A program made the position numbers and the translations under genes. This document shows, in pieces, positions 1-11,724 of a stretch of 45,624 bases of DNA. The stretch is from Prorocentrum cordatum (taxonomy: Eukaryota): assembly GCA_963575745.1 (NCBI GenBank), contig CAUYUJ010000203.1, forward strand, positions 620,001 through 665,624, in the 5' to 3' direction. The notes beneath the pieces were generated by a model. That model made no database searches and had not been told where the DNA came from. It was given only the letters and a program-made list of their open reading frames with translations. Positions within the stretch are counted from its first letter, which is position 1, and the number at the start of each line of letters is the position of its first letter.

Positions 1-59
1 AGGAGGTGGAGGAGGAGGAGGAGGAGGAGGAGGAGGAGGGAGGAGGAGGAGAAGGGGCA

Positions 60-786
60 TCTTGGCGAACCCAGGGCCGTTTTTGAACGTCCTGGGTGCC
101 TCTGGGATCCCCTTGGGGCCTCTTGGGGGCCTGTTGGAAGCCTCTTTGAAGCATCCTGGGCGCCCCTTGGGGCCGACTGGGCGTTTCTTGGGGCCATCGT
201 TGGGCGCCCTTGGGAGCCTTGGAGGAGATCGATCAAAGAAGAGGGGGTCCCGAATTCGCCTCCCCAAAAGTCGCCTCGTGGGCGCTCTTGGGGCGCTCTT
301 GGAGCAGTCTTGGACGGTCTTGCGGCCGTCTTGGGGCTTTCTTGGTTCTCTCATGGGGCCCTCTTGGGCCACCTTGGAGCCATTTGAGGCTTCGGATGGC
401 CATCGGAAGCGAAAAAGCGAGAAAACCAAACAAGAGTGATCCCCCTTGTTTTGGAAGGCTGCTGGCCTTTTCGGGGCCTCCTTGGGGAGCCCGTTGGCCA
501 CCAGGAGCAATGTTGGAGCTGTCTTGGGGCCTCTTGGAGCATCTTGGGCGCCATCTCGAAGCATAGTGGGATCTCTTAAGCCATCTTGGGGATCACCTTG
601 GGTTCTCCGAAGCGTTTTTGGAACCATCGTGGGCCATGTTGGACGCTCCGACCCTTCGCGGGGCCCCCCGTCCAGGTCCAGCGGAAAGAGGGTATAGAGG
701 GAGGGGTACCCCCCCAAAGGAGAATAATGGGACCCGATGAAGGAACTTCCAGGATTAATACCTACGCCCAGAGGGCTGGCGGGATT
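60..786 (-). mobile_element. Non-autonomous repeat, Helitron2-like 5' terminus (same family as 15408-16032); left limit uncertain
   Basis: The reverse complement of 764-786 (AATCCCGCCAGCCCTCTGGGCGT) nearly matches the start of the 15408 insertion (AATCCCATCAGCCCTCTGGGCGT). The interior is built from short degenerate TCTTGGGGCC-like units. Confidence 0.5.
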
Positions 787-2084
787 CTGCCAAGCGGGCC
801 TCTCGCGCTGCATGTCGAACTCATTCGAACACCCTTGCGCGCGTGCTGGCGGGGAGGGGCGGGGGCACGATCCGCATCGCATAAAACCTCGGGGGCCACT
901 CGTGCGCGTCGGCGGCGCGCGCATGCAGAACTCCTTCAACAAGACGCGAAGACATCGTCATCGTTATCGGCGGGCGTGATGGGCATCGGTGCCGTCATTG
1001 GTTTTGCCGTCGTCATCGCCACCATCGCCACCATCATCGTTACCCTCGTGATCGTGTCTACCGGTGTCGGCGTCGCCATGATACCGTGCCCACCCAAGCC
1101 ACCGACTCGCACTGAAACGCCCGCTGGGAAGTGCCCTACGGTCAACGCCACCGTGGCCGCGTCGGTCGCGCCAAACTAGCTGGCCGCTGTGCGCGCGAGC
1201 ATGCGCGAGGTATTGCGGCCGCAGAGATCCACCAGCCAACGCCAAGCATTCATCGCAACCGCCGCCGCGTGGATGTTGCAAACCAGCTTGCGGGTGGGTG
1301 GTGAGATGTTTGCAAGAGCATGGAAATTGACAACCCGTTTGCAAAACAAGAAAACAAAAACATTAGACCAAACATCTATATATATATATATATATATATA
1401 TAGCACAACATAATGTGCTAGAACACACTGTTTGGGGTCCACGCTGGCAAACATATTTAAGGATGTGACCTACTTGTCGGACGACTACTGGCTTTTGGCA
1501 GCATAGAGTCCGGCAAGCTGCCCCACTGTCTCCAGAACTTCCCCGATGACAGCCTCATCCCTAAAGACGGCTCGGGCTGTAGCCAAGGGGGCTAAGGCTT
1601 CAGGCACCCTTCAAGACTACAGCGCGGCATGGATAGGGAGCCCACTAAGAACCTACGCGCCCAACCACGTGCATGGACACGGTCCCCCAATCCACGAGAC
1701 CAACCGCATGGCACGAACGCTCGCGCAATGCGTCCTCTCGAATCCTCGTGCACGTGTACTCGCCAGACGCCGGCCGCGGCGGGGGCGCCCCCGCGGCGGC
1801 CCGCGCTGGCCGCGGGCTGCGGGCGGCTTCGCCCTCCCTGCCCTTCCCTCCCCCCTCCCCGTTCTCTCTGTCGTGTCGTCCCCTCGTCGTCGTTCCCTCT
1901 CTTTGCCACAGGGCTCCTCCGCGCAGGTTTAAAAAAAGTACTTCTTTCTTCCGCTCCTGAATGGATGTCCTCCTCCTCCTCCCCTCCCTCCCTCTTTTTC
2001 TCCTCGCCTTCTGTCGGAGGAGGAGCTGAGAGGCGGCTCGCACGAGCGCGGCCCCACGCGGAGCGGGCAGGCAGCGAGCCCGGC

Positions 2085-2117
2085 TCAGGCCCTCTTGGAC
2101 AAGCCCTTCCAGAGCAC
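2085..2117 (-). CDS. Carrier gene, last exon (VLWKGLSKRA*)
   Basis: Acceptor TTTCCCCAG|GTG. Continues ...GAFFT in frame, with TGA at 2087-2085. Confidence 0.8.
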   Translation of the reverse strand: MLWKGLSKRA

Positions 2118-5100
2118 CTGGGGAAACAGTGCGGGGGGAGGTAAAACGAAGCCAGGGCGAGGATACATTCGGGCGAGGAGAGCATCGAGAATCGCTGAGA
2201 TCCGGCGGCTCTGGAGGATGTCTAGGGCGACGGCGGCCTTCCCAGAGCGTTCCGGAACGCTCTGAGAGCGTTCCAGGAGTGCTCTGGAACGGGTTTATCC
2301 TTGTGGATGCCACGACAATGGACACCCTAACAGTCTTATCATTTAAGTTAAAATGTGTTTAAACTGGGGGCAACTGTTCCAAACATATTTTAAACATGTT
2401 GTTCCACATGTTTAAAACATGTGTAAGACATGCTTAAGACACCTGGTAATTATTTGGCAACAGGCTTCCTCTCCATTTATCGCCCTCCACAAGTTGATCC
2501 TCGTCCGTCCGAAATGGGGGGGAGGGCGGGGGGGAGGCGGACGAGGGGCGGAGCGAAGCGAACGCCGGAGTCGTGCGCGCTCCTCTGAGGGGCCCGCCCG
2601 CCGTGCCCATCGCCCATCAGGGCACGGCGTGGGGGCAGTGGCCTCGGACATGTGAAACATAAATGCGATGGCCCGGGGAGGGGGAGGAGGGGACGGGAGG
2701 GGGAGGGGAGGCTGAGGCACCGGGTGGTGGGGTGAGGGGGGGGGATGAACAGAAGGGAGGCTGAGACATCGGGTGGAAGGGATATGAGAGAGAGAGAGAG
2801 AGCGAGAGACAAGGGGGGGATGAGCGGGGGAGCGGGGAGACGAAATGGAGGGCGCGAGCACGGCACGGCCCAGGCGTGCCCGAGGCATGATCTGCCGAGG
2901 CATCGGCGCCGTGGGCCATCGCAGCAGAGACGCCACGGATGAGAAGAAGGCAGGACGGGGGAGAGGACGAAGGGACGGCGAAGCGGAGGGGGATAGCGGA
3001 CCCGTGGATCTGGCGCGTGGGAGCCAAGCTCACTGCCTCCCGGATCATGAAGCCAGTGCCGCCCGGCTTGGCGACGGAGCGCTCCGATGCTGCATGGAAG
3101 CGGGACCCGTCGCCAGGTTGTGCGCTCAAATCCGTGGTTGCGCCTCCTCGGAAGGAAGGGGGGGTGGGGAAGCGAGAGCACCGTGAAGAAAGCCCCCTGC
3201 AGAACGTTGGTGCAGATCCGCGTCTCCAGGCCCCGCAGGAAGAGCCCCCTGACGCCGTCCCTCGCGATGACGGCCCTCGCCGCCTGCAGGTAGCCCGCGG
3301 AGGGGTCCTGGCTCGTCTGCTTCTGCGTCTTCAGCACTCGGATCGAGTTGGACGCCAGGTCGCTGACGGTCGCGGCCACCGCGCCGATGAGCGCATGCCG
3401 AACGCGTGCCGCCCAGAAGCCCGGGGGCTCCGGGACCGCCGCCGAGAGCGCGTTCACGGTGACAAACCTGGAAGAAGAGAAACTTTCGGAGCTCCGCGCG
3501 GATGTCTGGGATCTGCGCTGGGCCCCTGGCGCGCGGAGAGCGCCAGTGGCGGCGCTGGAGGCGCCTCCAAGGCCCGACGCCGATCCAAGAAATCCGCGCG
3601 GAGCTCCGAAAGATAATGTGTATGCAGTGTTGTTGTGGATGCTTTCCGATATCTCTCCGGCGTTGGCCGCTGTTGTTTCCGATGTTTCCGATGCCTTTGG
3701 TTGCGCGCTTACGAGTGTTGCATGCCGATGCTCTCTCGATGTTTGCCCAGCTCAGCTTGGCTCTTTCTCGGTCGGGAACCACGGGTAGCCGCCGACGATG
3801 TTCGCCACCAGGTTGCCCTCCCAGCCGTACCAGAGGACTGCGACGCCGCCCGCCTTGACCTTGGCCCGCAGAACCGCCCAGCCCTCCGCCCCGTCGGTCT
3901 GCAGCACCGTCTTGCAGGTGTCAACGGCAGGAGGCCCCAAGCCACGACTCTCTCAGGCCAATCCCAGGCCACCCCCCATCCACGTGCACCTCCTCCCCTA
4001 TTCCCCACGAGGGAGGTTGGACGAGAATGGTGTCAGGCTTCATGACGCGATTGGCTCAGGATGCGTTCCAGGAGTACTGGAGTATCTGGCGGCCCTCGTT
4101 TCTGGAGCCTGTGCGAAACAACAGGACCGGCTAGAAACCCTGATGAGTTCTGGCTCTTTCTCCTAGGAGGAGAAGCGACAGAAAGGAGGAGGCGAACGCT
4201 ACGATCCTAGCCGATCAAAGTTTGCCGAACGTCAAAATCAAGGAGGAGGAGGAGGAGGAGGAGGAAGAGGAGGAGGAGGAGAAGCAGGAGGAGGAGGAGG
4301 AGGAGGAGGAGGAGGTGAAGCGGAGAAAGAGGAGCAGAAGGAGGAGGAGGAGGAGGAGAAGGAGGAGCAAGAGGAGCAGGAGAAGCAGGAAGGCGAGTGC
4401 CAGGAGGACCTTCTCGGGGCCTCCCGGGCACTCCTGACCCGGCTCCCCCACCACGGCGCCTCCAGCCCACCCCCCCCCCCTCCCACCCCCTTCCTTCCCC
4501 CCCCAGGGGCAGAATCTGCGCGGGGGGCCGTGCCTGGGGAAACCAAAAAAATACTGATACCGCTACTCCCTGCACTTTCCTTGGGTGCGTTCTGACCAGA
4601 GTTTCGAGGCGAATCCAGCCGTAACGGCGAGGGCTTCCCAGGAGGCCCAAAACGGCGAAATCGAAGGAAGGGTAGCAGTGCGAGTGCCTCTTCCTCCTCT
4701 GAGTGCTGAGGGCCTCCTGGATGGGCGTGATCGCCACGCGCCAGCTGGAGGCCGCCAATGACCCCAGCAGCGTCACGGCCCCCACCGGCAGACCGGGAAC
4801 GCAGGCGCCTGCTACGACCAGAGGTCGCGGCAGGGGTGGTCAGCCAGGGGGAGGGGCGGGGGGTAACCTCCTCGTTCTGGGCATGGAGGGCCCTCCCGGA
4901 CCTTCGAAGGAGGGATGGGGCCCTCCTCCTCCTCCTCCTCCTCCTGCTCCTCCTCCGCCTCAAACCAATTTCCTTATACATAGCTCCTCCCTGTCGTGCC
5001 TACAGGCCAATTGGAGGGGCGGGCTGGGCGTTTCGCCTGAAACATCCGCCGAATGGATGATCCTGAAGAAATTGACAACAATTCACAGATGGAGGGCGGG

Positions 5101-8100
5101 CCGATTCTAATATGTGACTTTCGCCTTAGCCGCTAAGGCATAGCGCCGCGCGCATTCGCCATAGAAATTGCAACAGCTTCACGGATGGAGGGCGGGTCGC
5201 TTCCAAAATGTTGCTCTCGCCTCAGCGCCGCGCACACTCGTCTTAAACATTTGCAAAAGCTTGACGAATTGAAGGCGGTTCCTTTTAAACATGTGTCTCT
5301 CGCCTGAGCGCCGCGGACATTCGTCTTAATCAATTGTATGAGTCCCGCGGCGTCCTAATGGATTAACGCACCAGGGACAATGTTTTTTGAGCGACTCAGG
5401 ACTGCCAGGGCGCAACAAGTACGTTGGACCGCGATGTTCAAGTCCCGGGAAAGATATTCTGGCACGGTTCGGGCTCGCTACGACGCAACAGTCAAAATGA
5501 TTCGTGGCGTTGCAATTCCGAGAAAAGTGTTTTGGCCTCCTCCTCCTCCTCCTCGTCTCTCTCGGCCCTGGTGTCGTTCAGACGCGGCCCTCCTCCTCCT
5601 CCTCTTCCTCCTCCTCTTTCTCCGCCTCCTCGTTTTCCTCGTCCTCCTCCTCCTCCTTCTCCTCTTCCTTCTCTTCCTCCTCTTCCTCCTCCTCCTCCTC
5701 CTCCTCCTCCTCCTCCTCCTCCTCATCCTCGTCGTCCTCCTCCTCCTCCTCCCCCTCCTTCTCCTCCTCCTCCTCCTCCTCCTGCTCCTCCTCCTGCTCC
5801 TCCTCCTCCCCCTCCTCCTGGGAAGGGAGGGGCCGGCGCACTCCCCTAGAGGGGGAGGCATGCCTCTGACGCAGCGCCCCTCCCGCCTCGCGGGGTGGGT
5901 GGAACGTTGCGCGAACCCAACCCTGGGCTCCACCGCGCGCGTGAGGGCCGCCCTCTGCTGCGGGGAGGGGCGGGCACGACGAAGGGGGGGAGGACGGAGA
6001 GTGGGAGGGGTGCGACGGAAGAGGGCAGTGGGAGGTGTGGGGAAGGGATTCGGAGAGGGGGGGATGACGGTGAAGGGGGAGGTGGGTGTTGAAGGGGGCG
6101 GATGAAGTCGGGGATCTCTGAGGTCCCGCGGTTCTGGACGACGTATCGGGCGCAGCGGCCGTTCCAGAGCGTCCTGGAACGCGATAGCGTTCTGGACACT
6201 CTGGAGCGATCTACAACGACCCTAAGCCTGACGGGGAGGAGGGGGAGGGAAAGGGGGACGGGGGGAGCGAAAGTGTGTTGTGGGACGGGGATTTGGGAGA
6301 CGGGCTGGGCCATCCACCCCTGGTTGGCCTCTGGCATGGCCAACACCCCCTCGTTCGCGGCCGTGTCGCCGAAGCGGGCCAGCGGGGCCTGGGCCACATC
6401 CCAGGGCCAGCGGGCTGAGGAGGAAGAGGAAGGCGGGATAGGGAGATGAGAAACAGAAAGGAGGCCGCGGCAGAGGGAGGAGGAGGAGGAGGAGGAGGAA
6501 GACATTAGGAAGAGGATCAGGAGATGGTCGAAAGAGAGAGAGAGTCAGAGAGAGAGAGAGACGGAGGAGGGAGGTGGGAGGGGGAGGAAGAGGGGGAGAA
6601 GGAGGAGGAGGAGGACGAGGAGGAGGAGGACGAGGAGGAGGAGGAGGCGGAGGAGGAGGAGGAGAAGGAGGAGGAGGAGGAGGAGGAGGAGAAGGAGGAG
6701 GAGGGGGAGGAGGCCGAGGAGGACGAGAAGACGGCAGCAGGACGGAAGAGGAGGAGGAGGAGGAGGAGAAGGCATAATAAGAAGAAGAGGAGGAGGAGGA
6801 GGAGGAGGAGGAGGAGGAAGAAGTTGGACGGAGGACGGAGAGAAGGAGGAGGAGGAGGAGGAAGAGAAGAGGATGATGAGGTGGAGAACGGAGAGGGGGA
6901 GGGAAGACGGGTGATGAACGGAGAGGACGGAGGCGGAGGAGGAGGAGGACGAGGAGGAGGAGGAGGAGGACGGAGGAGGAGGAGAAGGCGGCGGAGGCGG
7001 AGCAAGGAGAGAGGAGGAGGAGGAGGAGGAAGTGGAGGAGGCCGAGGAGGACGAGGAGACGGCAGCAGGACGGAAGAGGAGGAGGAGGAGGAGGAGGAGG
7101 AGGAGGAGGAGAAGGCATAATAAGAAGAAGGAGGACGGAGAGAAGGAGGAGGAGGAGGAGGAGGAGGAAGAGTTGGACGGAGGACGGAGAGAAGGAGGAG
7201 GAGGAGGAGGAGGAGGAAGAGTAAGAGGATGATGAGGAGGAGGAGGACGGAGAGGACGGAGGAGGAAGACGGATGTTGATGAGGTGGAGGAGGAGGAGGA
7301 GGACGGAGGAGGACGGAGGCGGAGGAGGAGGAGGAGGAGAAGGAGGAGGAGGGGGAGGCGGACGGAGGAGGAGGACCAGCGTAAACCCAAGAATCACCCA
7401 CGAGTTGGAATACGCCCTCCCCGAAAGCTCCCTCTTCGTAGGCCCCTACAACGGTTCATTTCCACTCCACAGAGCGAAGACATCCGTTTGAAGACCCTGA
7501 AACATACTAAAACAAGGGTCCCGGCATCCAGCGCCACGGGTAAACCTAACTGGTGCGTCTTGACGATCCTGAATCGTGCCAGAACGACTATCCTGGGATT
7601 TCAGCACCGCGAATCATCGTTATTGTTGCGCCCCCATTATCGTGAACCCTTCCAAAGCACCATTTCTGGTACGTCGACCATGAGGAACCGTGACACGATT
7701 GCAATGTTTTAACACGACTGCGCGCGGTGCTAAAACGAGAACCACATGTTGAAAACCATCAGCCCTCAATATATGAAGCTCTTGCAAAGGTTTGGAAAGA
7801 AGGTATGCGGCGCTAAGGCGAGAACAACATTTTGAAAACGCCCCGCTTTCAATCCGTGAAACGCTGGCAAATGTCTAAAACGAGTAAGCGCGGCGCTAAT
7901 GCGAGAACCACACTTTAAAAACCACCCGTCCATAATCCGCGAAGCGCTTGCAAATGTTTAAAAGGAAAGCGCGCGGCGCTAAAGCGAGAACCACATGTTG
8001 AAAACGACCCGCCCTCAATCCGTGAAGCTCATTCTATATATATATATATATAATCGAATGTGCGCGGCGCTAATGCGAGAACGCATGTTTTGAACACCCC

Positions 8101-11100
8101 CCGCTCTCAACCCGTGAAGCTCTCGCAACTGTTCAAAGCGAATGTGCGCGGCGCTAAGGCGAGAGCCACACTTTGAAAACGACCCGCCCTCAATCCGTGA
8201 AGCCCTTTCAATTGTTGAAAAGCGAATGCGCGCGGCGCCAATTCGAGAACCACATTTTGAAAGCCATCCGCCCTCAATCCGTGAAGCCCTTTCAATGTTT
8301 AACAACGAATGTGCACGGCGCTGAGGCGAGAGCCAAATTTTGAAAACCACGCGCCCACCATCTGTGAAACTGTTGCCAATGTTTGGGACGAATGGTGAGG
8401 AAGTCTCGGATGGTGAGGAAGTCTTAAGCGAAACGCCTGGCCCGCCCCAAAAACTGGCCTCGGGGTGCGACAGGGAGAAGTTATCTGTAAGGAGAAGGAA
8501 AGAAGGAGGAGGAGGAGGAAGAGGAAGGGGAGGTGGAGGAGAAAGAAAAGCAACGCAAAGAACTATCGGACCCAAAGTCTCCCCGACTTACGAGACTACA
8601 AACAGTTTGGATCAAAGTGGCAGCAGTGACTAAGTTCCCACATGAAAGGCCCTGTTGGCGGGGAAAGCGGTCTAGCTAGCCTAGAGACGACCCCAGTAGA
8701 GGGTGGAGGAGAAAGAAGGAGGAGGATGGACGGTAAGGGAGGAGAGCGGCGAGGGCGAGGACGACGGCAGCAGCGACGAGCCGCGGCGAGGGGCCTGCGC
8801 CAGCCCCCAGGGCAGCAGGCCGCGGTACAAGCGCGGCAGGCCCCCCTCCGCCCACAGCGCGGTGAGCGCGTGCCGCAGGCTGCCGCCGTTCTTGTACTGG
8901 TAGTTCATCGCCGTGCGGAGCCACATGAAGGCGACGACCTTCCGGCAGAGGGCGCTACCAGTTCTGGCGCTTAAATGTTTGAAGTTCGAGGTTCCAGGTT
9001 CTCGGTCGTTTTCGTGGGTTCGCGACGGTGTTCTGGCCTCGGGGGGGGATCCCAACGGCTGCGCCTCGCCGGGTGCGTTCCAGGGGTGCCCATCTTTCAA
9101 GGATGCACTCTCCGCAGTGAGAGTGAACGCTTGCTGGGGCTCGTGAAGAGAGGGAGGGTCTGGGGACGGAGAGAGGTGCGTTGCGGCATCGCAGATGCAC
9201 CCACAGGCTTCATCTGGCTCATTTCCCCCTCCTCCCTCTCGGCCCCTCCTCCCCCGTCAACCCTCTTCCTCCCAGTCTGCCCCAGCCCCCTCCCCCCCGC
9301 CCATGGGGGGACAAAGGTACCGATACCGCCACTCCCCAGACCTCTCCTGGGGTGCATTTCTTACCAGGGTTTCGAGGCGAAGCCAGCCGTGGTGACGAGG
9401 GCCTCCCAGGAGGCCCAACACAAGCGAAAACGAGGCAGGGGTATCGGTAATGGTAATTACCTTTCTCCTCGAGCTGGCCCGCCTCCCCCCGGCGCCGACC
9501 TGGCACACGCCCGCCGTGAAGCCCGCTGACCCGCTGCGCGCTGCGCGCCACAGCGCCCCCACCACCTGAGGGGCAACGAGGGGGGGGCCTGGTGCAGGGT
9601 GGGGGAGACATCGACGCGGAATCGGTGACACATCGCTGATAGGTCGGCGACAGGCCTCCGATCCGAACGTTCCGGGGTGGGGTGGGCTATCGGGCCTCTG
9701 CCCGCGATGAACGGGCGACTGGGGGTCGACGCATACCCCCCTGCGCCGATCCCCCCTCACGCTCACGCTGCCCCGATCGTTCTCTTGCGTCCGGGCCACC
9801 TCTGAGGTCCGTCTGGGGACCCCCTAAACTCTGTCGGCGAGGCGCAGATGCTGGAAGGCACCCGCGAGGCTGGAAAAACCGCACGGACGAAAAAGGAATC
9901 CCCCCCCGAGCCATATCATCCCCCCCCCCCTAAAAGTTTTAGCCTTCCCCTGGAGACTTCGCCTGATATTTCCACCAAAAGGGGGTTCCTGGAGATTTCC
10001 TGGAGACTTCGGATGGGATTTGGCTTGTAAATTTCGCCGGGAGGATCTGCTTTGGAGATCCGAGGGGGCCCAAGCACTGCGGCCGGAGATTTCGGGGACG
10101 ATATCCGCAAATTGTTTGCCATTCGTACATGTTATGAAGACTCCCCCGATCTAACTCTAACGGTGTCCATGACCACCGCTGCGCGCAGCGCGGGCGCCTC
10201 TCCGGCGGCCGCCGCCTCGCCCGCGGGCGGCCGCAGCGCGGCGCGCTCCGCGCTGGCGGGCCCCGTGGCGCAGCGCCCGAGGCCTGGGAGGACGCCTGGC
10301 CCATCCGATGGGCCCAAGATCGGTGTGCACTCAGAGGAGGGAAAGGTAACTACCCGTACCGCTGCCCTTCCCTTGCCTCCGCCTTGTTGGGCCTCCTGGG
10401 AGGCCCTCGGCGCCGCGCCTGGGTTCGCCTCGAGATGCTGGCCAGAACGCACCCCAGGAGAGGTCTGGGGAGTAGCGGTGTCCTCCTCCTCCTCCTCCTC
10501 CTCCTCCTCCTCCTCTCCTCCCTCCTCCTCCTCCTCCTCTCCTCCTCCCTCCTCCTCCTCCTCCTCCTCCCCCTCCTCCTCCCCCCCCTCCTCCCCTCCT
10601 CCTCCTCCTCTCCTCCTCCTCCTCCTCCTCCTCCTCCTCCTCCTGCCTCCTCCCTCCTCCTTTCTCCGCCTCCTCCACCTCCCTCCTCCTCCCTCCTCCT
10701 CTTCCTCCTCCTCCCTCCTCCGCCTCCTCCTCCCCTCCTCTCCCCCCCCCCCCTCTTCTTCCTCCTCCTCCTCCTCCTCCTCCTCCTCCTCCTCCCTCCT
10801 CCCTCCTCCCCCTCCTCCCCTCCGCATCATCCTCCTCCTCCTCCTCCTCCTCCTCCTCCTCATCCTCCTCCTCCTCCTCCTCCCAGGTCTGGGCGGTAAG
10901 GCGTGTGCACCGATGCTGTGCCCAGGATCGGCCGGGCCAGCATATGGGCGCAGCGCCCGAGGCCGCCCGGCTCATCCTGTGTGGGCCCAGGGTCGGCGTG
11001 TGCGTCTCCCTGGCTCGGGCAGCATCGGTGTTATTCGCCGATGCTGGGCCCCGCGGGTGTACACGCGACTTCGGCTGGAGAGGGCACGCGAGAGGGTACG

Positions 11101-11724
11101 AGATCCTTCCGAGGGCCGCGTTGCCATAGGAATGCGCAGAGCAGAAGGCATGGGTGGCTGAACACAGAACACTAAGGGTACCCTTGATGATTTGGCAGGG
11201 TCGAGGTGCGGTGCAGCCGAAAAAAAACGTTGTTCCACCAACTGTGGGAATGCCTAGAGAATGCAGACGTTGCAGGGTACTGATAAAGTTCGACTGTGCT
11301 ACGTACTCAAGTGGCTTGCGCCATCCCGCCGACTCCCAGAGGAGAAACGACGTCCACGGGTGAGGCACGTTGCCTATTGGGAACTGATCGAGGGACCTGC
11401 TGGGGCATCTTTTGGGCCTCTTGGGGCCCTCTTGGAGCCTCTTGGGGTCTGTTGGGCGCCTGCTGGGAGCTGGGTATCAATCAACCTCGACTGTATTGTT
11501 GGTACCCTCCTCCTCCTTCTCCTCCTCCTCCTCCTCCTCCTCGTCCTCGTCCTCGTCCTCCTCCGACGACGACGTGTTGGTGCCCTCCGAGGGCCGAGGC
11601 CGAAGGCCGCCAGCAGCAGGCCGCAGGCCGCCCAGAGCCCCAGCAGCAGCAGCGGGCCGCGCGCCCGCATGCCCGCCGCGGCGCCCGTCCGCCGGGCGGC
11701 GCGGCGGGCCACGCCGCGCCGCAT
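2085..11724 (-). CDS. Mitochondrial carrier (SLC25) family protein, about 350-360 aa, about 10 exons, with a hydrophobic N-terminal extension
   Basis: Proposed exons (minus strand): 11724-11584, 10976-10964, 10283-10177, 9565-9500, 8938-8795, 6388-6341, 4808-~4720, ~3925-3780, 3467-3182, 2117-2085. The joined protein has three carrier repeats: MWLRTAMNYQY...EGGLPRLYRGL; TP(I/V)DTCKTVLQTDG...GGVAVLWYGW; NSIRVLKTQKQ...DGVRGLFLRGL. Most junctions are G|GT or G|GC donors with AG acceptors and consistent phase. Junctions 6/7 and 7/8 are unresolved. Confidence 0.88.
2146..2302. mobile_element. About 150-bp MITE-like dispersed repeat, copy 1 (others at ~6100-6210, 12230-12375, 13620-13785, partial 24613-24672, and a split copy at 24736-24760 + 31498-31612)
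   Basis: Shared consensus AAGACGAAGCCAGGGCGAGGATAAA.TCGGGTGAGGATAAATCGGGAATCTCTGAGGTCC...AGAGCGTTCCGGAACGCTCT...TTATCCTCGCCC. The ends GGGCGAGGATAA / TTATCCTCGCCC are inverted, and there is an internal palindrome. Confidence 0.7.
3182..3467 (-). CDS. Carrier gene exon 9 (third carrier repeat)
   Basis: Acceptor TTCTTCCAG|G. Encodes FVTVNALSAAVPEPP...SDLASNSIRVLKTQKQT...GLFLRGLETRICTNVLQGAFFT. GT donor. Confidence 0.9.
3780..3925 (-). CDS. Carrier gene exon 8 (second repeat)
   Basis: Encodes VDTCKTVLQTDGAEGWAVLRAKVKAGGVAVLWYGWEGNLVANIVGGYPW. The GT donor is in phase with exon 9; no canonical AG acceptor was found. Confidence 0.85.
4557..4660. repeat. About 105-bp intronic dispersed repeat (other copies 9323-9430 direct, ~10382-10481 inverted)
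   Basis: Shared ACCGC(T/C)ACTCCC...GGGTGC.TT...TCGAGGCGAA.CCAG...GAGGGC.TCCCAGGAGGCCCAA. Confidence 0.75.
4720..4808 (-). CDS. Carrier gene exon 7
   Basis: CAG acceptor. Encodes ACVPGLPVGAVTLLGSLAASSWRVAITPI (helix 3). Donor position uncertain. Confidence 0.75.
4970..5335. repeat. Repeat family member, inverted relative to 7720-8500
   Basis: 4970-5043 matches the reverse complement of ~8425-8500. It is followed by degenerate reverse-complement copies of the ~84-bp unit. Confidence 0.65.
5536..7380. repeat. (CCT)n / (GGA)n microsatellite tracts in introns (5536-5820, 6470-7380; similar tracts at 4240-4400, 10481-10885, 16978-17445)
   Basis: Directly visible trinucleotide repeats. Confidence 0.95.
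6341..6388 (-). CDS. Carrier gene exon 6
   Basis: CAG|GCC acceptor. Encodes APLARFGDTAANEGVL, continuing ...WGLAQ. Probable GC donor. Confidence 0.8.
7720..8380. repeat. Degenerate tandem array, about 8 copies of a ~84-bp unit
   Basis: GCGGCGCTAA.GCGAGAACCACATTTTGAAAA..ACCCGCCCTCAATCCGTGAAGC recurs at about 7723, 7807, 7889, 7973, 8064, 8147, 8232 and 8316. Confidence 0.85.
8795..8938 (-). CDS. Carrier gene exon 5 (first repeat)
   Basis: 144 nt. Encodes VVAFMWLRTAMNYQYKNGGSLRHALTALWAEGGLPRLYRGLLPWGLAQ. AAG acceptor, CAG|GC donor. Confidence 0.9.
9500..9565 (-). CDS. Carrier gene exon 4
   Basis: 66 nt. Encodes VVGALWRAARSGSAGFTAGVCQ. CAG acceptor, CAG|GT donor. Confidence 0.8.
10177..10283 (-). 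CDS. Carrier gene exon 3 (N-terminal extension)
   Basis: CAG acceptor, GT donor. Encodes (G)LGRCATGPASAERAALRPPAGEAAAAGEAPALRAA, in phase with exon 4. Confidence 0.6.
10964..10976 (-). CDS. Carrier gene putative 13-nt micro-exon 2 (DEPG-G)
   Basis: CAG|GATGAGCCGGGCG|GC. It supplies the phase shift needed between exon 1 (phase 0) and exon 3 (phase 1). Confidence 0.5.
11584..11724 (-). CDS. Carrier gene putative exon 1
   Basis: ATG at 11724. Encodes MRRGVARRAARRTGAAAGMRARGPLLLLGLWAACGLLLAAFGLGPRR (Arg-rich leader plus hydrophobic helix). G|GC donor. Confidence 0.55.

Noticed and set aside
1480..1780. Possible additional minus-strand exon downstream of the carrier stop
   Set aside because: No recognisable motif or supported splice partner; could be 3' UTR or intergenic.
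4207..7712. Many Pro/Leu/Ser/Glu/Arg-rich ORFs (also 10052-11368, 16785-17543, 43865-45216)
   Set aside because: Translations of (CCT)/(GGA) tracts in introns or intergenic DNA.
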